Shown: in pieces, positions 63,813-64,000 of the stretch
Numbering within the stretch: position 1 is the first letter of the stretch
How the letters are laid out: each line of letters starts with the position of its first letter
NCBI GenBank assembly: GCA_903813345.2
Contig: CAIIXF020000001.1
Location: 36,642,001-36,706,000, forward strand
Reading direction: 5' to 3'
From: Owenia fusiformis
Lineage: Eukaryota
DNA length: 64,000 nucleotides
Translations under genes and position numbers: made by a program
The notes under the pieces: model-generated
Database searches by the model: none
What the model saw: the letters and a program-made list of their open reading frames with translations, nothing else
What the model was told of the DNA's origin: nothing

Positions 63813-64000
63813 CTGAAGATGTAAGACACAGATTTAAGTCAATCAAGTTAATTCTTCAATGTAACTGTTCAAATCTATTTAAATACAACTGTGCAACATT
63901 GCTTTAGATATCTTTTAAAATTAAAATAATGTTTCATGACCAATCCAGATGTGTAAAAATTTGAAGAAATTCCATTAAGTGGTTTTCCTGGAATCGTTAT

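Overview
AT-rich, intron-containing genomic DNA from an invertebrate animal (probably a lophotrochozoan; inferred, not proven). It is not prokaryotic. I reconstructed six protein-coding loci by hand from GT-AG junctions and protein motifs: KEAP1 (+, 4 coding exons, ~592 aa); an unrecognised 518-aa disordered, motif-rich protein (-); YTHDC1 (+, 18 coding exons, ~557 aa), head-to-head with that gene; a retinol-dehydrogenase-like SDR (+, 5 exons, ~324 aa); the 3' part of WDR35/IFT121 (-, runs off the window); and an intronless 1002-aa membrane protein nested antisense in the last WDR35 intron. Introns carry many MITEs (Tc1/mariner, Harbinger, fold-back types), Helentron/DINE-like elements and tandem repeats. 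The most interesting signals are three. First, the nested gene appears to be a tandem-duplicated 2x4TM MS4A/CD20-like protein with PY motifs. Second, a sense-biased GGACT (m6A consensus) cluster with a candidate poison exon lies in the YTHDC1 intron right after the YTH domain. Third, a YTHDC1 5' splice site is amplified nine times in tandem, and use of any extra donor gives a stop codon. All coordinates were counted by eye and may be off by a few bases; no database searches were run.
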